This document shows positions 34,317 to 43,532 of a stretch of DNA of 64,000 nt, piece after piece. The stretch is from a bacterium. Its GTDB lineage: Bacteria > UBA8248. The position numbers and the translations under genes are program-made. Location: the NCBI GenBank assembly GCA_965199855.1, contig OZ241326.1, positions 192,001-256,000 of the forward strand, in the 5' to 3' direction. The notes under the pieces are model-generated. The model did not search any database and was not told the origin of the DNA. It saw nothing but the letters and a program-made list of their open reading frames with translations. Positions within the stretch are counted from its first letter, which is position 1. The number at the start of each line of letters is the position of its first letter.

Positions 34317-35000
34317 ATGATCTCCATCGTCGTGCCCGTCCTGAACGAGGCGCCGCGCCTGCCCGCCCTGCTCGACATGCTCGAGGCGCAGCCCGGGGAG
34401 AAGCAGATCATCCTGGCGGACGGCGGAAGCGCGGACGGCACGCGGGAGCTGGCGGAAGGGCGCGCCCTCATCGCGCAGTCCGCGCCCGGCCGCGCGCGCC
34501 AGATGAACGCGGGCGCGGCGAAGGCCCGGGGGGAGACGATTCTTTTTCTCCACTGCGACACGCGGCTGCCCGAGGGCGCGCTGGCGGAAATCGAGGCGCT
34601 CACGCGCGCGGGCGAGGCGGCGGGCGGGGGCTTCCTCCACAGCTTCGACCGCGAGGACCGCTTCAGCCGCTTCATCAGCCTGATCGCCGGCGCGCGGACG
34701 AAGGCGACGGGGATTTTCCTGGGGGATCAGGCCATCTTCGTCCGGCGGACGGTCTTCGAGCGCATGGGCGGCTACGCCGACATGCCCGTGTTCGAGGACT
34801 GGGAGTTCAGCCGGAGGATGCGCACGTTCGGGCGCGTCGCCGTCGTCGAGGGGCCCGTCGTCACGAGCGGGCGGCGCATCGACGCCTGGGGCAAGCCCCG
34901 GTGCCTGCTCATCTGGTGGGGGCTGAGTCTCCTCTACGCCCTGGGCGTCCCCCCGGAGAGGCTCGCCCGCTGCTACGCCCACGTGCGCGACGCGGAATAG
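34317..35000 (+). CDS. GT2 glycosyltransferase, TIGR04283-like
   Basis: ISIVVPVLNE, DGGSADGT, GRARQMNAGA, FLHCDT, GDQAIFV, TSGRR; GGGAG RBS. Confidence 0.85.
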   Translation: MISIVVPVLNEAPRLPALLDMLEAQPGEKQIILADGGSADGTRELAEGRALIAQSAPGRARQMNAGAAKARGETILFLHCDTRLPEGALAEIEALTRAGEAAGGGFLHSFDREDRFSRFISLIAGARTKATGIFLGDQAIFVRRTVFERMGGYADMPVFEDWEFSRRMRTFGRVAVVEGPVVTSGRRIDAWGKPRCLLIWWGLSLLYALGVPPERLARCYAHVRDAE

Positions 35001-35065
35001 GACGGGAAAACCGGCGATCCGGCCAATCGGGGCGATCGGGGCGATGACATGCTCGACGCGCGCCA

Positions 35066-35174
35066 TTCCCGGCGTCAATCCCGCAAGGCGGAGGGATTGC
35101 GGAATCCGTTGTTTTCCCGCCGATCCCGGATTGCGGCTTCCGCCGCAATGACGATGAAAGGCGAAATGTCCTTC
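35066..35174. repeat. Dispersed intergenic repeat (long copy) with internal palindrome
   Basis: Matches 9417-9481 with a ~45-bp insert containing GGATTGCGGCTTCCGCCGCAATGACG, a variant of the palindromes at 39.2-41.3 kb. Confidence 0.75.
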
Positions 35175-35290
35175 AGCGCGCGTCAAACATTTTGTCGCCC
35201 GCGTAAAAACCCCCGGAATGTCACTCGCCAAAAATGCTCGCTCATGGCATGGTGGCGAAACCATAATCAGCCCAAAGGCGGACTTTACAA

Positions 35291-37357
35291 GTGCGATTCG
35301 CGGTCGATACGGGCGGAACCTTCACCGACCTCGTTCTGGAGGACGAGCGGGGCCGCCTGCGGATGTTCAAGGCGCCCACGACGCCGCAGGACCCGGTGGA
35401 GGGCATTCTCGCGGCGGTGGAGGCGGCCGCCGACGCCCTCGCCACGACGAGCACCGACCTGCTCGCGCGCGGCGAGCTCTTCATCCACGGCACCACCCGC
35501 GCCACCAACGCCATCGTGACGGGCGAGACCGCCCGAACCGCCTTTCTCACCACGAAGGGACACCCCGACATTCTCGTGCTGCGCGAGGGCGGGCGGTTGG
35601 AGCCGTTCAACTTCCTCGTTCCGTTCCCGAAGCCCTACGTCCCGCGCGCCCTCACCTTCGAGGTGCCCGAGCGCGTCGGCGCGGACGGAAGCGTCTATGA
35701 GCCGCTGGACGAGGCGGGCGTTCTCGCCGTCATCGAGGAGCTCCGGGAGAAAAAGGCGGAGGCCGTGGCCGTCTCCCTGCTGTGGTCCACCGTGAACCCC
35801 GCGCACGAGATCGGCGTGGGGAAGCTGCTGGAAAAGCACCTGCCGGGCGTTCCCTTCACCCTCTCCCACGTTCTCAACCCGATTCTGCGCGAATACCGGC
35901 GGGCGTCCTCCGCCTGCATCGACGCCTCCCTGAAGCCCCTCATGTCGCGCTACGTCGGCGGGCTTCAGGAGCGGCTCAAAAAGGCGGGCTTCGGCGGCCG
36001 CCTGCTCATGCTGACCTCCAAGGGCGGCGTCATGGACGCGGCCGAGCTCGCGGCGGCGCCCATCCACTCGGTCGGCTCGGGGCCCTCGATGGCGCCCATC
36101 GCGGGCAGGCACTTCTCCCGCGCCGACGCGCGCGCGGCCACGGCCATCGTGGCCGACACCGGCGGCACCACCTACGACGTGAGCCTCGTGCGCCGCGGCG
36201 AGATACCCATGACGCCCGAAACCTGGCTCGGCCAGCGCTACCGGGGGCACATTCTGGGCTTCCCCTCCGTGGACGTGAAGAGCATCGGCGCGGGCGGGGG
36301 GAGCATCGCCTGGGTGGACGAGGGGGGCCTCCTTCACGTGGGGCCGCAGAGCGCGGGCGCGGCGCCCGGGCCCGCCTGCTACGGCCGGGGAGGAACGCGC
36401 CCCACCCTCACGGACGCCTCCCTGGTGCTGGGCCACATCGACCCGGACTACTTCCTGGGCGGGGCGATGACGCTCAGCCTCGAGGAGGCCCGCAAGGCCG
36501 TCGCCGAGGGCGTGGCCGAACCCCTGGGTCTCGCCCTTCAGGAGGCGGCCTCGGCCATCCTGCGGCTGGCGACGGAGAACATGGTGGGGGCGATCGAGGA
36601 GATCACCATCCACCAGGGCATCGACCCCCGGGGCGCCGTTCTCATCGGCGGCGGCGGCGCGGCGGGGCTGAACTCCGTCGCCATCGCCAGACGGCTGGGC
36701 TGCAGGAGCCTCGTGATTCCCGAGGTCGGCGCCGCGCTCTCGGCGGCGGGGGCGATGATGAGCGACCTGCACGCCGACCATCGCTCGATGTTCTTCACCG
36801 CGACGGACAGGTTCGACTTCAAGGGGGCGAACGCGGCGCTCCGGAAGCTGGGCGAGCGGTGCCGCGCCTTCATCCGGGGCCCGGGAAAAGGAGCGGTGGA
36901 GAGCGCGGTCGAGTTCTACGTCGAGGCGCGCTACAAGCACCAGATCTGGGAGATCGACCTGCCGCTTCCGGTCAGCCGCTTCGGCTCGAAGAAGGACGTC
37001 GCGCGCGTCCGCGCGGCGTTCGACCAGGCGCACGAGGAGGTGTTCGCCTTCCGCGATCCCTCCTCCGAGGTGGAGTTCGTGGGCTGGCGCGCCGTGGCGA
37101 GGTGCAGGCTCAGGAAGCACCGCTTCGGCAGGCTCGGCGGGGAGGAGGCGCGCGGGGCGAAGCTTCCCGGCAGGCGCAGGGCCTTCTTCGAGGGCAGGGG
37201 GGAGGTGAACGCCCGCGTCCTGGCGTTCGACGCCATGAAGCCGGGCACCGCCGCGCGGGGCCCCGCCATCGTCGAGTCGCCCTTCACGACGGTGGTGATA
37301 GACCCGGGCGCCCGCGCCGAGCGAACGAGAAGCGGAAGCCTCCTCATCACGCTTTAA
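35291..37357 (+). CDS. Hydantoinase A / 5-oxoprolinase family, ATP-binding subunit
   Basis: VDTGGTFTD, HGTTRATNA, DTGGTTYD, GAGGGSIA, PGPACYG. Confidence 0.92.
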   Translation: MRFAVDTGGTFTDLVLEDERGRLRMFKAPTTPQDPVEGILAAVEAAADALATTSTDLLARGELFIHGTTRATNAIVTGETARTAFLTTKGHPDILVLREGGRLEPFNFLVPFPKPYVPRALTFEVPERVGADGSVYEPLDEAGVLAVIEELREKKAEAVAVSLLWSTVNPAHEIGVGKLLEKHLPGVPFTLSHVLNPILREYRRASSACIDASLKPLMSRYVGGLQERLKKAGFGGRLLMLTSKGGVMDAAELAAAPIHSVGSGPSMAPIAGRHFSRADARAATAIVADTGGTTYDVSLVRRGEIPMTPETWLGQRYRGHILGFPSVDVKSIGAGGGSIAWVDEGGLLHVGPQSAGAAPGPACYGRGGTRPTLTDASLVLGHIDPDYFLGGAMTLSLEEARKAVAEGVAEPLGLALQEAASAILRLATENMVGAIEEITIHQGIDPRGAVLIGGGGAAGLNSVAIARRLGCRSLVIPEVGAALSAAGAMMSDLHADHRSMFFTATDRFDFKGANAALRKLGERCRAFIRGPGKGAVESAVEFYVEARYKHQIWEIDLPLPVSRFGSKKDVARVRAAFDQAHEEVFAFRDPSSEVEFVGWRAVARCRLRKHRFGRLGGEEARGAKLPGRRRAFFEGRGEVNARVLAFDAMKPGTAARGPAIVESPFTTVVIDPGARAERTRSGSLLITL

Positions 37358-37368
37358 GGAGCGGCGGC

Positions 37369-39186
37369 ATGGCGAGAGCAAGAGCGAAGGCGCGGCGCAA
37401 GAGCGGACTCGACCCCGTCACCCTGGCCGTGCTCCACAAGCGCTTCGACGCCGTGACGACGAAGATGGCGAACACCCTGCTGCGAACGGGGCGATCGGGC
37501 GTGCTGAACCTCGCGCGCGACTTCTCCACCTCCGTCGTCACGCGCGAGTGCGAGCTGCTGACGGGTGCGGAATCCCTGCCCATCCACCACCTGAGCGGGG
37601 CGGACCTCATGGCGCGCTCGATGATGGAGATGCACCCCCGCCTGAAGCGAGGCGACGCCTACCTCCACAACTCCCCCTATCACGGCTGCTCGCACCCGGC
37701 GGATCACACCATCCTCGTCCCCGTCATCGACGGGCGGGGCGCGCACCGGTTCACCGTGTGGGTCAAGGCGCATCAGGCGGACTGCGGATGCAGCCAGCCC
37801 ACCACCTACATGGGCCACGCCCGCGACGTGTACGAGGAGGGCGCGCTCATCTTCCCGCCCACGAAGGTGCAGGAGAACTACGAGGACAACGAGGACTTCA
37901 TCAACTTCTGCCGGATGCGGATTCGCGTGCCCGAGCAGTGGTACGGCGATTATCTGGCGATGATAGGGGCGGCGCGCATCGGCGAGCGCGAGGTCCTCGC
38001 CATGGGCGAGGAATACGGCTGGGAGACGCTCCACGCCTTCTCGCGGGAGTGGTTCGACTACAGCGAGAAGCTCATGATCGCCGCCATCCGCAAGCTGCCC
38101 TCGGGCCGCGCAACGGCGCGCAGCGCGCACGATCCCGTGCCGGGGACGCCGGAGGAGGGCATCCCCATCACCGCCCGCGTGGAAATCGACGGCGCGAAGG
38201 CGACCATCGAGGTGGACCTGCGCGACAACCCCGACGCCATGCCCTGCGGGCTGAACCTGAGCGAGGCGTGCGCGCGCACGGGCGCGATGATCGGCGTGTT
38301 CAACAGCATCGACGACGTCGTTCCCACCAACGCGGGCAGCTTCCGCCGCGTGAAGGTGCATATCCGCGAGGGCTCCGTGGCCGGCGGGGGAAAGCACCCC
38401 ACCTCCATGTCGGTCGCCACCACGAACCTCGCCGACCGCGTGACGAATCCCGTCCAGCGCGCCTTCTCGAAGATACAGGACGGCATCGGGCTGGCGGAGT
38501 GCGGGCCCATCTTCCCCGCCTCGATGGGCGTCATCTCGGGCTTCGACCCCAGAAACGAGGGCGAGCCGTTCGTGAACCACCTCTTTCTCATGGTCACCGG
38601 AGGGGCGGGGGCGGGCAAGACGGACGCCTGGCTCACCATCCTCCACGCGGGAAACGCCGGCATGTGCTTCGTGGACAGCGTCGAGCTGGACGAGCTCCAC
38701 TTTCCCATCTACATCAAAACCCGGCGGCTGGTCCCGGACACCGAGGGGGCGGGGCGCACGACGGGCGCCCCCTCCGGCTACTGCGAATACGGCCCCGTGG
38801 GCGGGGGGGATCTGGAAGTCGTCTATGTGTCCGACGGAGCCGTCAACGCCGCCAAGGGGACGCGGGGCGGCCTGAACGGGGCGGTCTGCAAGAATTACCT
38901 CATGCGCGCGGACGGGACGCTCGAGGACTTGCCCGCCTGCGCGGACATCATCCTGAAGCCCGGCGAGAACGTGGCCTCCTACTGCACGGGCGGCGGCGGC
39001 TACGGCCCCCCGCACGAGCGGCCCGCCGACAAGGTGCGCGAGGACGTGGAGGAGAAATGGATCACCAAGGAGCGCGCCTGGGAAGTCTATGGCGTCGCCC
39101 TGGACGCGCAGGGCCGGGTGGACGGGGCGAGGACGGAGCGGAGGAGGAAGAAGCTGCGGAAGGAACAGGCGGCCGGCGCGCGGTAG
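37369..39186 (+). CDS. Hydantoinase B / 5-oxoprolinase family subunit
   Basis: ARDFS, HNSPYHGCSHPAD, HQADCG, GGGGYGPP; AAGGAG RBS. Confidence 0.92.
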   Translation: MARARAKARRKSGLDPVTLAVLHKRFDAVTTKMANTLLRTGRSGVLNLARDFSTSVVTRECELLTGAESLPIHHLSGADLMARSMMEMHPRLKRGDAYLHNSPYHGCSHPADHTILVPVIDGRGAHRFTVWVKAHQADCGCSQPTTYMGHARDVYEEGALIFPPTKVQENYEDNEDFINFCRMRIRVPEQWYGDYLAMIGAARIGEREVLAMGEEYGWETLHAFSREWFDYSEKLMIAAIRKLPSGRATARSAHDPVPGTPEEGIPITARVEIDGAKATIEVDLRDNPDAMPCGLNLSEACARTGAMIGVFNSIDDVVPTNAGSFRRVKVHIREGSVAGGGKHPTSMSVATTNLADRVTNPVQRAFSKIQDGIGLAECGPIFPASMGVISGFDPRNEGEPFVNHLFLMVTGGAGAGKTDAWLTILHAGNAGMCFVDSVELDELHFPIYIKTRRLVPDTEGAGRTTGAPSGYCEYGPVGGGDLEVVYVSDGAVNAAKGTRGGLNGAVCKNYLMRADGTLEDLPACADIILKPGENVASYCTGGGGYGPPHERPADKVREDVEEKWITKERAWEVYGVALDAQGRVDGARTERRRKKLRKEQAAGAR

Positions 39187-39690
39187 GGGACGCATATATG
39201 CGTCCCGTTGCGGAACGGCCGGATTTTCTCCCCGCCGTCATTCCGGCGAAGGCCGGAATCCAGGCCGGACGAATTCCTGCTCCCTTCTGGATTCCCGCTT
39301 TCGCGGGAATGACGATCAAACGCGAAGGGACGCATATTCGCGCCCCCCGCAAAAGATCACCCATCCCCGTAGGGGGCGTTCGTGAACGCCCCGCGTTCTC
39401 CGGCGCGAATGGCTCCTGAAAACGGGCGGTTCCCGAACCGCCCCCCTGCGACATCCTCTCGGCCTCGTCTCATCCATCGCTCATCAGCGCGCGGGTTGCG
39501 CCGTCATTCCCGCGAAAGCGGGAATCCAGGGCGGACGGGAAAGGGCGAAAGACGCGCGAATAACGGCCATCCGATTCAGCTCGGCGGGATCGCCTCGCGC
39601 TACGCCCCTCCGCCGGATGCTGGATTCCGGCTTCCGCCGGAATGACGATCAAAAGACAAAGGCGAAGGGACGCATATATGCGTCCCCTAC
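39183..39690. repeat. Cluster of REP-like palindromes (GTAG-type and GTCATTCC...GGAAT type)
   Basis: GTAGGGGACGCATATATGCGTCCC (39183) with inverted copy ending CCTAC (39690); GTAGGGGGCGTTCGTGAACGCCCC (39369); four CGTCATTCC..GGAATCC elements in inverted pairs (~39236, 39287, 39502, 39620). Confidence 0.85.
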
Positions 39691-39706
39691 ATCCCTTCCC
39701 GCGTCC

Positions 39707-40078
39707 CTATCGCCGATCATGGCGCGCGACCCGCTTTCTGCGGCGCGCCCGCTTCTGATAGGCGAGGCTGGGCCAATAGGATGTAAGCACCACGCCGCCC
39801 ACGGCGACGACCTGGAGTCCCCTCAGACGCTCAAGGCGTTGAATCCTCCGCTTCAAAGCACGTTCAAATCGTTGCTTCCCGCCCTTCAAACTACGTTCGA
39901 TCTGTCGGAACCTGCGCTTCAAATCGTCGATTTCGCGCCTTACGTCCCTGTCTTTCATAAAATAGGCGTCCGGGGCGATCTTCGTTCCGCAACGCATGAC
40001 CAGCTCGATATCCTCATTGCGAATCGCTCGCTGGCTCATGCGGGTCCGGGCGTGAGGGGAAATTTTGTATTCAAACAT
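39707..40078 (-). CDS. DUF4258-like small basic protein (possible toxin)
   Basis: ISPHARTRMSQRAIRNEDIELVMRCG motif; GGAG RBS; start overlaps the stop of the upstream XRE gene. Confidence 0.7.
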   Translation of the reverse strand: MFEYKISPHARTRMSQRAIRNEDIELVMRCGTKIAPDAYFMKDRDVRREIDDLKRRFRQIERSLKGGKQRFERALKRRIQRLERLRGLQVVAVGGVVLTSYWPSLAYQKRARRRKRVARHDRR

Positions 40079-41030
40079 TGTTCGTGTCTCCTTCTTCCAG
40101 GGAAATTTTGACAATCATTGAGCTTTCGTACTCGTCCCAGACCTCATCAGGCACTTTCGCCTCCAGCCATTTGACGCGCTTCGCTACGGTATCTTTGGCC
40201 TCGCCGCGCAATTCTTCCGGGATTTGAGTGATCCGAACATAACGACGAGTAAGGGCGTAGTCGGCGCGAAGGGAGCCGCCTGAGAGGCTTTCGCGGAATT
40301 TTTTGAATAGGCGAGCTTTGTAGTATCCGCTATGTCCACTATCTAGCTCGTGTGCAGGCTCATACAGGATTTCTTCGTGGTTGATTGCATCGTTATCACC
40401 CAAGTTTTTCACTTGTTCGACCAAAAAGTCGGAGAAGGGGCTTCGGCCTCCGTCGCCATCCCAGTAGCCATCTCTCCATTTACCTATGCGTGCACCGAAC
40501 ACATCCCGAGTGTCAATGGATTCTTTGTCAGCGTCCGAATACGGCCAAGCGAACTCGGGAAGGTATTCGGGCAGGGCCTCGTTGGCAGATTCCGCGGCCT
40601 CCCGCGCTTTCTCAAGACGCCGGCGGCGATCGGCGAGACTCATCTCCGCCAGCAGGGTGAAAAGGAGCGGTGCCGCATGGATGAGCGACTTCATGTCAAA
40701 GCCGTATTCCTTCTCCACCAAATCGTAGGCGAGGAGCGTTTCGCCATCCAGGAGCAGCTTAATCGGTAACAAGCCGAGCTTTCCGAGCTCTTCCCTTCGC
40801 GCTTCTTCGGATTCAGGCTCTTTGGCGAGAACCTCAACATCCTTGACGCGCAGGGCATTGGCGAGTTCCCGGGCCGTGTTTTCCCGCGTCTCCCCTCCCT
40901 TGCCGGTCTCAATGCGGGCGATGGTCTTCTTGGCGACGCCCGACGCTTCCGCCAGCGTCTCCTGGCTGAATCCCCTCCCGTTGCGCAACATCTTCAAAGT
41001 CTCCGGGTTGATTCGCATCGCGGTCTCCAT
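40071..41030 (-). CDS. XRE-family HTH protein with a long uncharacterised C-terminal region
   Basis: LKMLRNGRGFSQETLAEASGVAKKTIARIETG...LANALRV; lower GC; start 41030 or 41018. Confidence 0.85.
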   Translation of the reverse strand: METAMRINPETLKMLRNGRGFSQETLAEASGVAKKTIARIETGKGGETRENTARELANALRVKDVEVLAKEPESEEARREELGKLGLLPIKLLLDGETLLAYDLVEKEYGFDMKSLIHAAPLLFTLLAEMSLADRRRRLEKAREAAESANEALPEYLPEFAWPYSDADKESIDTRDVFGARIGKWRDGYWDGDGGRSPFSDFLVEQVKNLGDNDAINHEEILYEPAHELDSGHSGYYKARLFKKFRESLSGGSLRADYALTRRYVRITQIPEELRGEAKDTVAKRVKWLEAKVPDEVWDEYESSMIVKISLEEGDTNNV

Positions 41031-41063
41031 GTTGAAAACCCCAACAATCTTCATGCTCCCGGC

Positions 41064-41093
41064 AATATAACCCCAAAAAACAGAGTTTGTCAA
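41064..41093 (-). promoter_or_regulatory. sigma70-type promoter of the XRE/DUF4258 pair
   Basis: TTGACA (41093-41088)-N18-TATATT (41069-41064). Confidence 0.55.
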
Positions 41094-41142
41094 GACCCAC
41101 GAAGAAAAATTTCGGTGCATAATATCCCTAAACTGGCTTTTT

Positions 41143-41262
41143 TATGTCCCTATACGGGTTTGTATGTCCCTATACGGGTTTGTATGTCCCTATACGGGTT
41201 TGTATGTCCCTATACGGGTTTGTATGTCCCTATACGGGTTTGTATGTCCCTATACGGGTTTG
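41143..41262. repeat. Perfect tandem array, 6 x 20 bp TATGTCCCTATACGGGTTTG
   Basis: Six identical consecutive units plus a degenerate unit at ~41122-41142. Confidence 0.97.
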
Positions 41263-41263
41263 C

Positions 41264-41346
41264 GTAGGGACAGGTCGCGACCTGTCCCTACAAGTCAAAT
41301 TTCCCATCTGCTCCGGATTCCGGCTTCCGCCGGAATGACGATCAAA
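41264..41346. repeat. GTAG-type palindrome plus GGATTCC..GGAATGACG element
   Basis: GTAGGGACAGGTCGCGACCTGTCCCTAC is a perfect 28-bp palindrome; 41315-41346 is identical to 39622-39653. Confidence 0.85.
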
Positions 41347-41445
41347 GATGGGGGGCGGCTCCCCCTTCCCATCCTCCCCGAAGGGCGGTATCATGGCGGA
41401 AAACCTCATCACGGCTTTTTCACCAGGCAGGGGGAGGGAACGCCC

Positions 41446-42189
41446 ATGAAGCTGAAGGACAAGGTCGCCATCGTAACGGGCGGCTCGCAGGGAATCGGCG
41501 AGGCCGTCTGCCGCCGCTTCGCCGAGGAGGGGGCGAAGGTCGCCATCGTGAACCGGACGAGGGAGAAGGGCGAGGCGCTGGCGGCGGAGGTCGGCGGGGC
41601 GGCGCGCGCGTATCCGTGCGACGTGTCGAGCAAGAAGGCGGTGGATGAGATGGTGGCCGACGTAACGGCCGCGCTGGGGCCCGTGGATATCCTCGTGGGC
41701 AACGCCGGCATCATGATCAACAAGGAGATGGAGGAATACTCCGAGCGGGAGTGGGACGACATCATCGACATCAACCTGAAGGGCAACTTCCTGCTCGCCC
41801 AGGCCGTCGTGCCGGGGATGAAGGAGCGGCGCCGCGGGAAGATCATCTTCGTGGCCTCCATCGCCGCCACCCACGCCTTTCCCAACGCCCTGCCCTACTG
41901 CGCGAGCAAGGGCGGCGTCTATATGCTCACCCGCGCGCTGGCGGCGGAGATTTCCAAGTTCGGCGTCAACGTCAACTCCATCTCGCCGGGCAACACGGCC
42001 ACCCCCCTCAACCAGCATCTCCAGGACGACCCGGAGTTCGTGAAGCTCATGGCGAGCTTCACCCCCACGGGGCGCGCCTACATCTCGACCGCCGAGATGG
42101 CGGGGGCGGCGGTGTTCCTCGCCTCCGACGACGCCAGCGCGGTGCACGGCCACGACCTCATCGTGGACGACGGCTGGTGCGCGATCTAG
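41446..42189 (+). CDS. SDR family oxidoreductase
   Basis: TGGSQGIG, NAG, YCASK. Confidence 0.93.
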   Translation: MKLKDKVAIVTGGSQGIGEAVCRRFAEEGAKVAIVNRTREKGEALAAEVGGAARAYPCDVSSKKAVDEMVADVTAALGPVDILVGNAGIMINKEMEEYSEREWDDIIDINLKGNFLLAQAVVPGMKERRRGKIIFVASIAATHAFPNALPYCASKGGVYMLTRALAAEISKFGVNVNSISPGNTATPLNQHLQDDPEFVKLMASFTPTGRAYISTAEMAGAAVFLASDDASAVHGHDLIVDDGWCAI

Positions 42190-42206
42190 GGGGCTGACGG
42201 CGCCCC

Positions 42207-43088
42207 ATGTCCCTCGTCTGCTACGTGAACGGCGCATATCTCCCCGCGGAGGAGGCGAGGGTCTCCGCTTTCGACCATGGGTTTCTCTACGGGGACGGGC
42301 TTTTCGAGTCGATGACGGTGACGAACCGCCGCATCTTCCGGCTCGGGCGGCACCTCGACCGCATGGAGGACTCCGCGCGGGCGCTCAGGCTGAAGCTCCC
42401 CGAGACGCGGGAGAGAATCGCGGAAATCATCAAGGAGTGCGCGAGGCGCTCCGGCGGGGGCGACGCCTACGTCCGCCTCGTCGTATCGAGGGGAGCGGGC
42501 TATCCCCTGCTCGACCCGAGAGTGGCGGCCAGGGCGACCCTCGCCGTGCTCCTGCACGCGCCGGCCCCGCCCGCCGAGACGGGCTCGAGCTACCGGGCGG
42601 AAGGCGCGGGGCTCAGGCTCAAGACCGCGGGCGTGCGCAAGGTTCCCTCCGATTCCTTCGAGGCGCGCGTCAAGTCGCTCAACTACCTGAACAACGTGCT
42701 GGCGCGCATCGAGGCGGTGGAATCGGGGCACGACGAGGCGCTGCTCCTGGACGCGCGGGGCTTCGTGGCCGAGGCGCCGGGCGAGAACGTCTTCGTCGTG
42801 AAGGGGGGCGTCCTCAGAACGCCCCGGGCGCACAACGTTCTCGCGGGCGTCACCCGAGGGGCCGTTCTCGAAATCGCCGCGCGGCTGGGGATTCCCGCCC
42901 AAGAGGCCGACCTCACGCTCTATGACCTCTACGCGGCGGAGGAGTGCTTTCTCACCTCCTCGTTCAGCCGGGTGCACGCGGTGGCCGAGGCGGACGGGCG
43001 CGCCATCCCGGCGCCCGGGCCGATGACGAAAAGGCTGCGCGCGGAGATTCTGGAGATGGAGAAGACCGAGGGCGAGCCCATCGACTGA
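42207..43088 (+). CDS. Class IV PLP aminotransferase (IlvE/D-amino acid aminotransferase family)
   Basis: DHGFLYGDGLFE, HLDR, KSLNY, AEAPGENVF, LAGVTR. Confidence 0.92.
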   Translation: MSLVCYVNGAYLPAEEARVSAFDHGFLYGDGLFESMTVTNRRIFRLGRHLDRMEDSARALRLKLPETRERIAEIIKECARRSGGGDAYVRLVVSRGAGYPLLDPRVAARATLAVLLHAPAPPAETGSSYRAEGAGLRLKTAGVRKVPSDSFEARVKSLNYLNNVLARIEAVESGHDEALLLDARGFVAEAPGENVFVVKGGVLRTPRAHNVLAGVTRGAVLEIAARLGIPAQEADLTLYDLYAAEECFLTSSFSRVHAVAEADGRAIPAPGPMTKRLRAEILEMEKTEGEPID

Positions 43089-43163
43089 GGGCGCGCGCAG
43101 CTTCCGCGAGAACCCGAAGCCCGCCCCGGCGCGGGGCGGACGATTCGAGAGGAGAAGGCTAGA

Positions 43164-43499
43164 GTGGCGACGATGGAGGACTTCGACAGGCTGGACGTTC
43201 GCGTGGGGCGCGTGATCGAGGCGGCGGATTTCCCGGAAGCCAGAAAGCCCGCCTACAGGCTCACCATCGACTTCGGCGCGGAGGTGGGCGTCAAAAAATC
43301 CTCCGCCCAGCTCGTCTCGCTCTATTCCAAGGAGGAGCTCGAGGGCAGGCTCGTGCTCGGGGTGGTGAACTTCCCGCCGAGGCGAATCGGCCCCTTTCTC
43401 TCCGAAGTCCTGACGCTGGGGGTTCCGAACGAGCGCGGCGAGGTGGTGCTCATCGCCCCGGACGCGAAGGGCGCCGTCATCGGCGGGCGGCTGTTCTAG
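43164..43499 (+). CDS. csaA: tRNA-binding / secretion chaperone CsaA
   Basis: DFPEARKPAY, KKSSAQ, VVNFPPRRIG, SEVLTLG. Confidence 0.9.
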   Translation: MATMEDFDRLDVRVGRVIEAADFPEARKPAYRLTIDFGAEVGVKKSSAQLVSLYSKEELEGRLVLGVVNFPPRRIGPFLSEVLTLGVPNERGEVVLIAPDAKGAVIGGRLF

Positions 43500-43532
43500 G
43501 GCTTCCCGCGGGCGCGGGGGCCGTGCGGCCTC

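Noticed and set aside
41143-41262. Possible CRISPR array
   Set aside because: The units are contiguous and identical with no unique spacers, and no cas genes are in the window.
41144-41445. Repetitive ORFs MSLYGFVCPYTGLY and an N-terminal extension of the SDR
   Set aside because: These are translation artefacts of the 20-bp array; the SDR has its own RBS and ATG at 41446.
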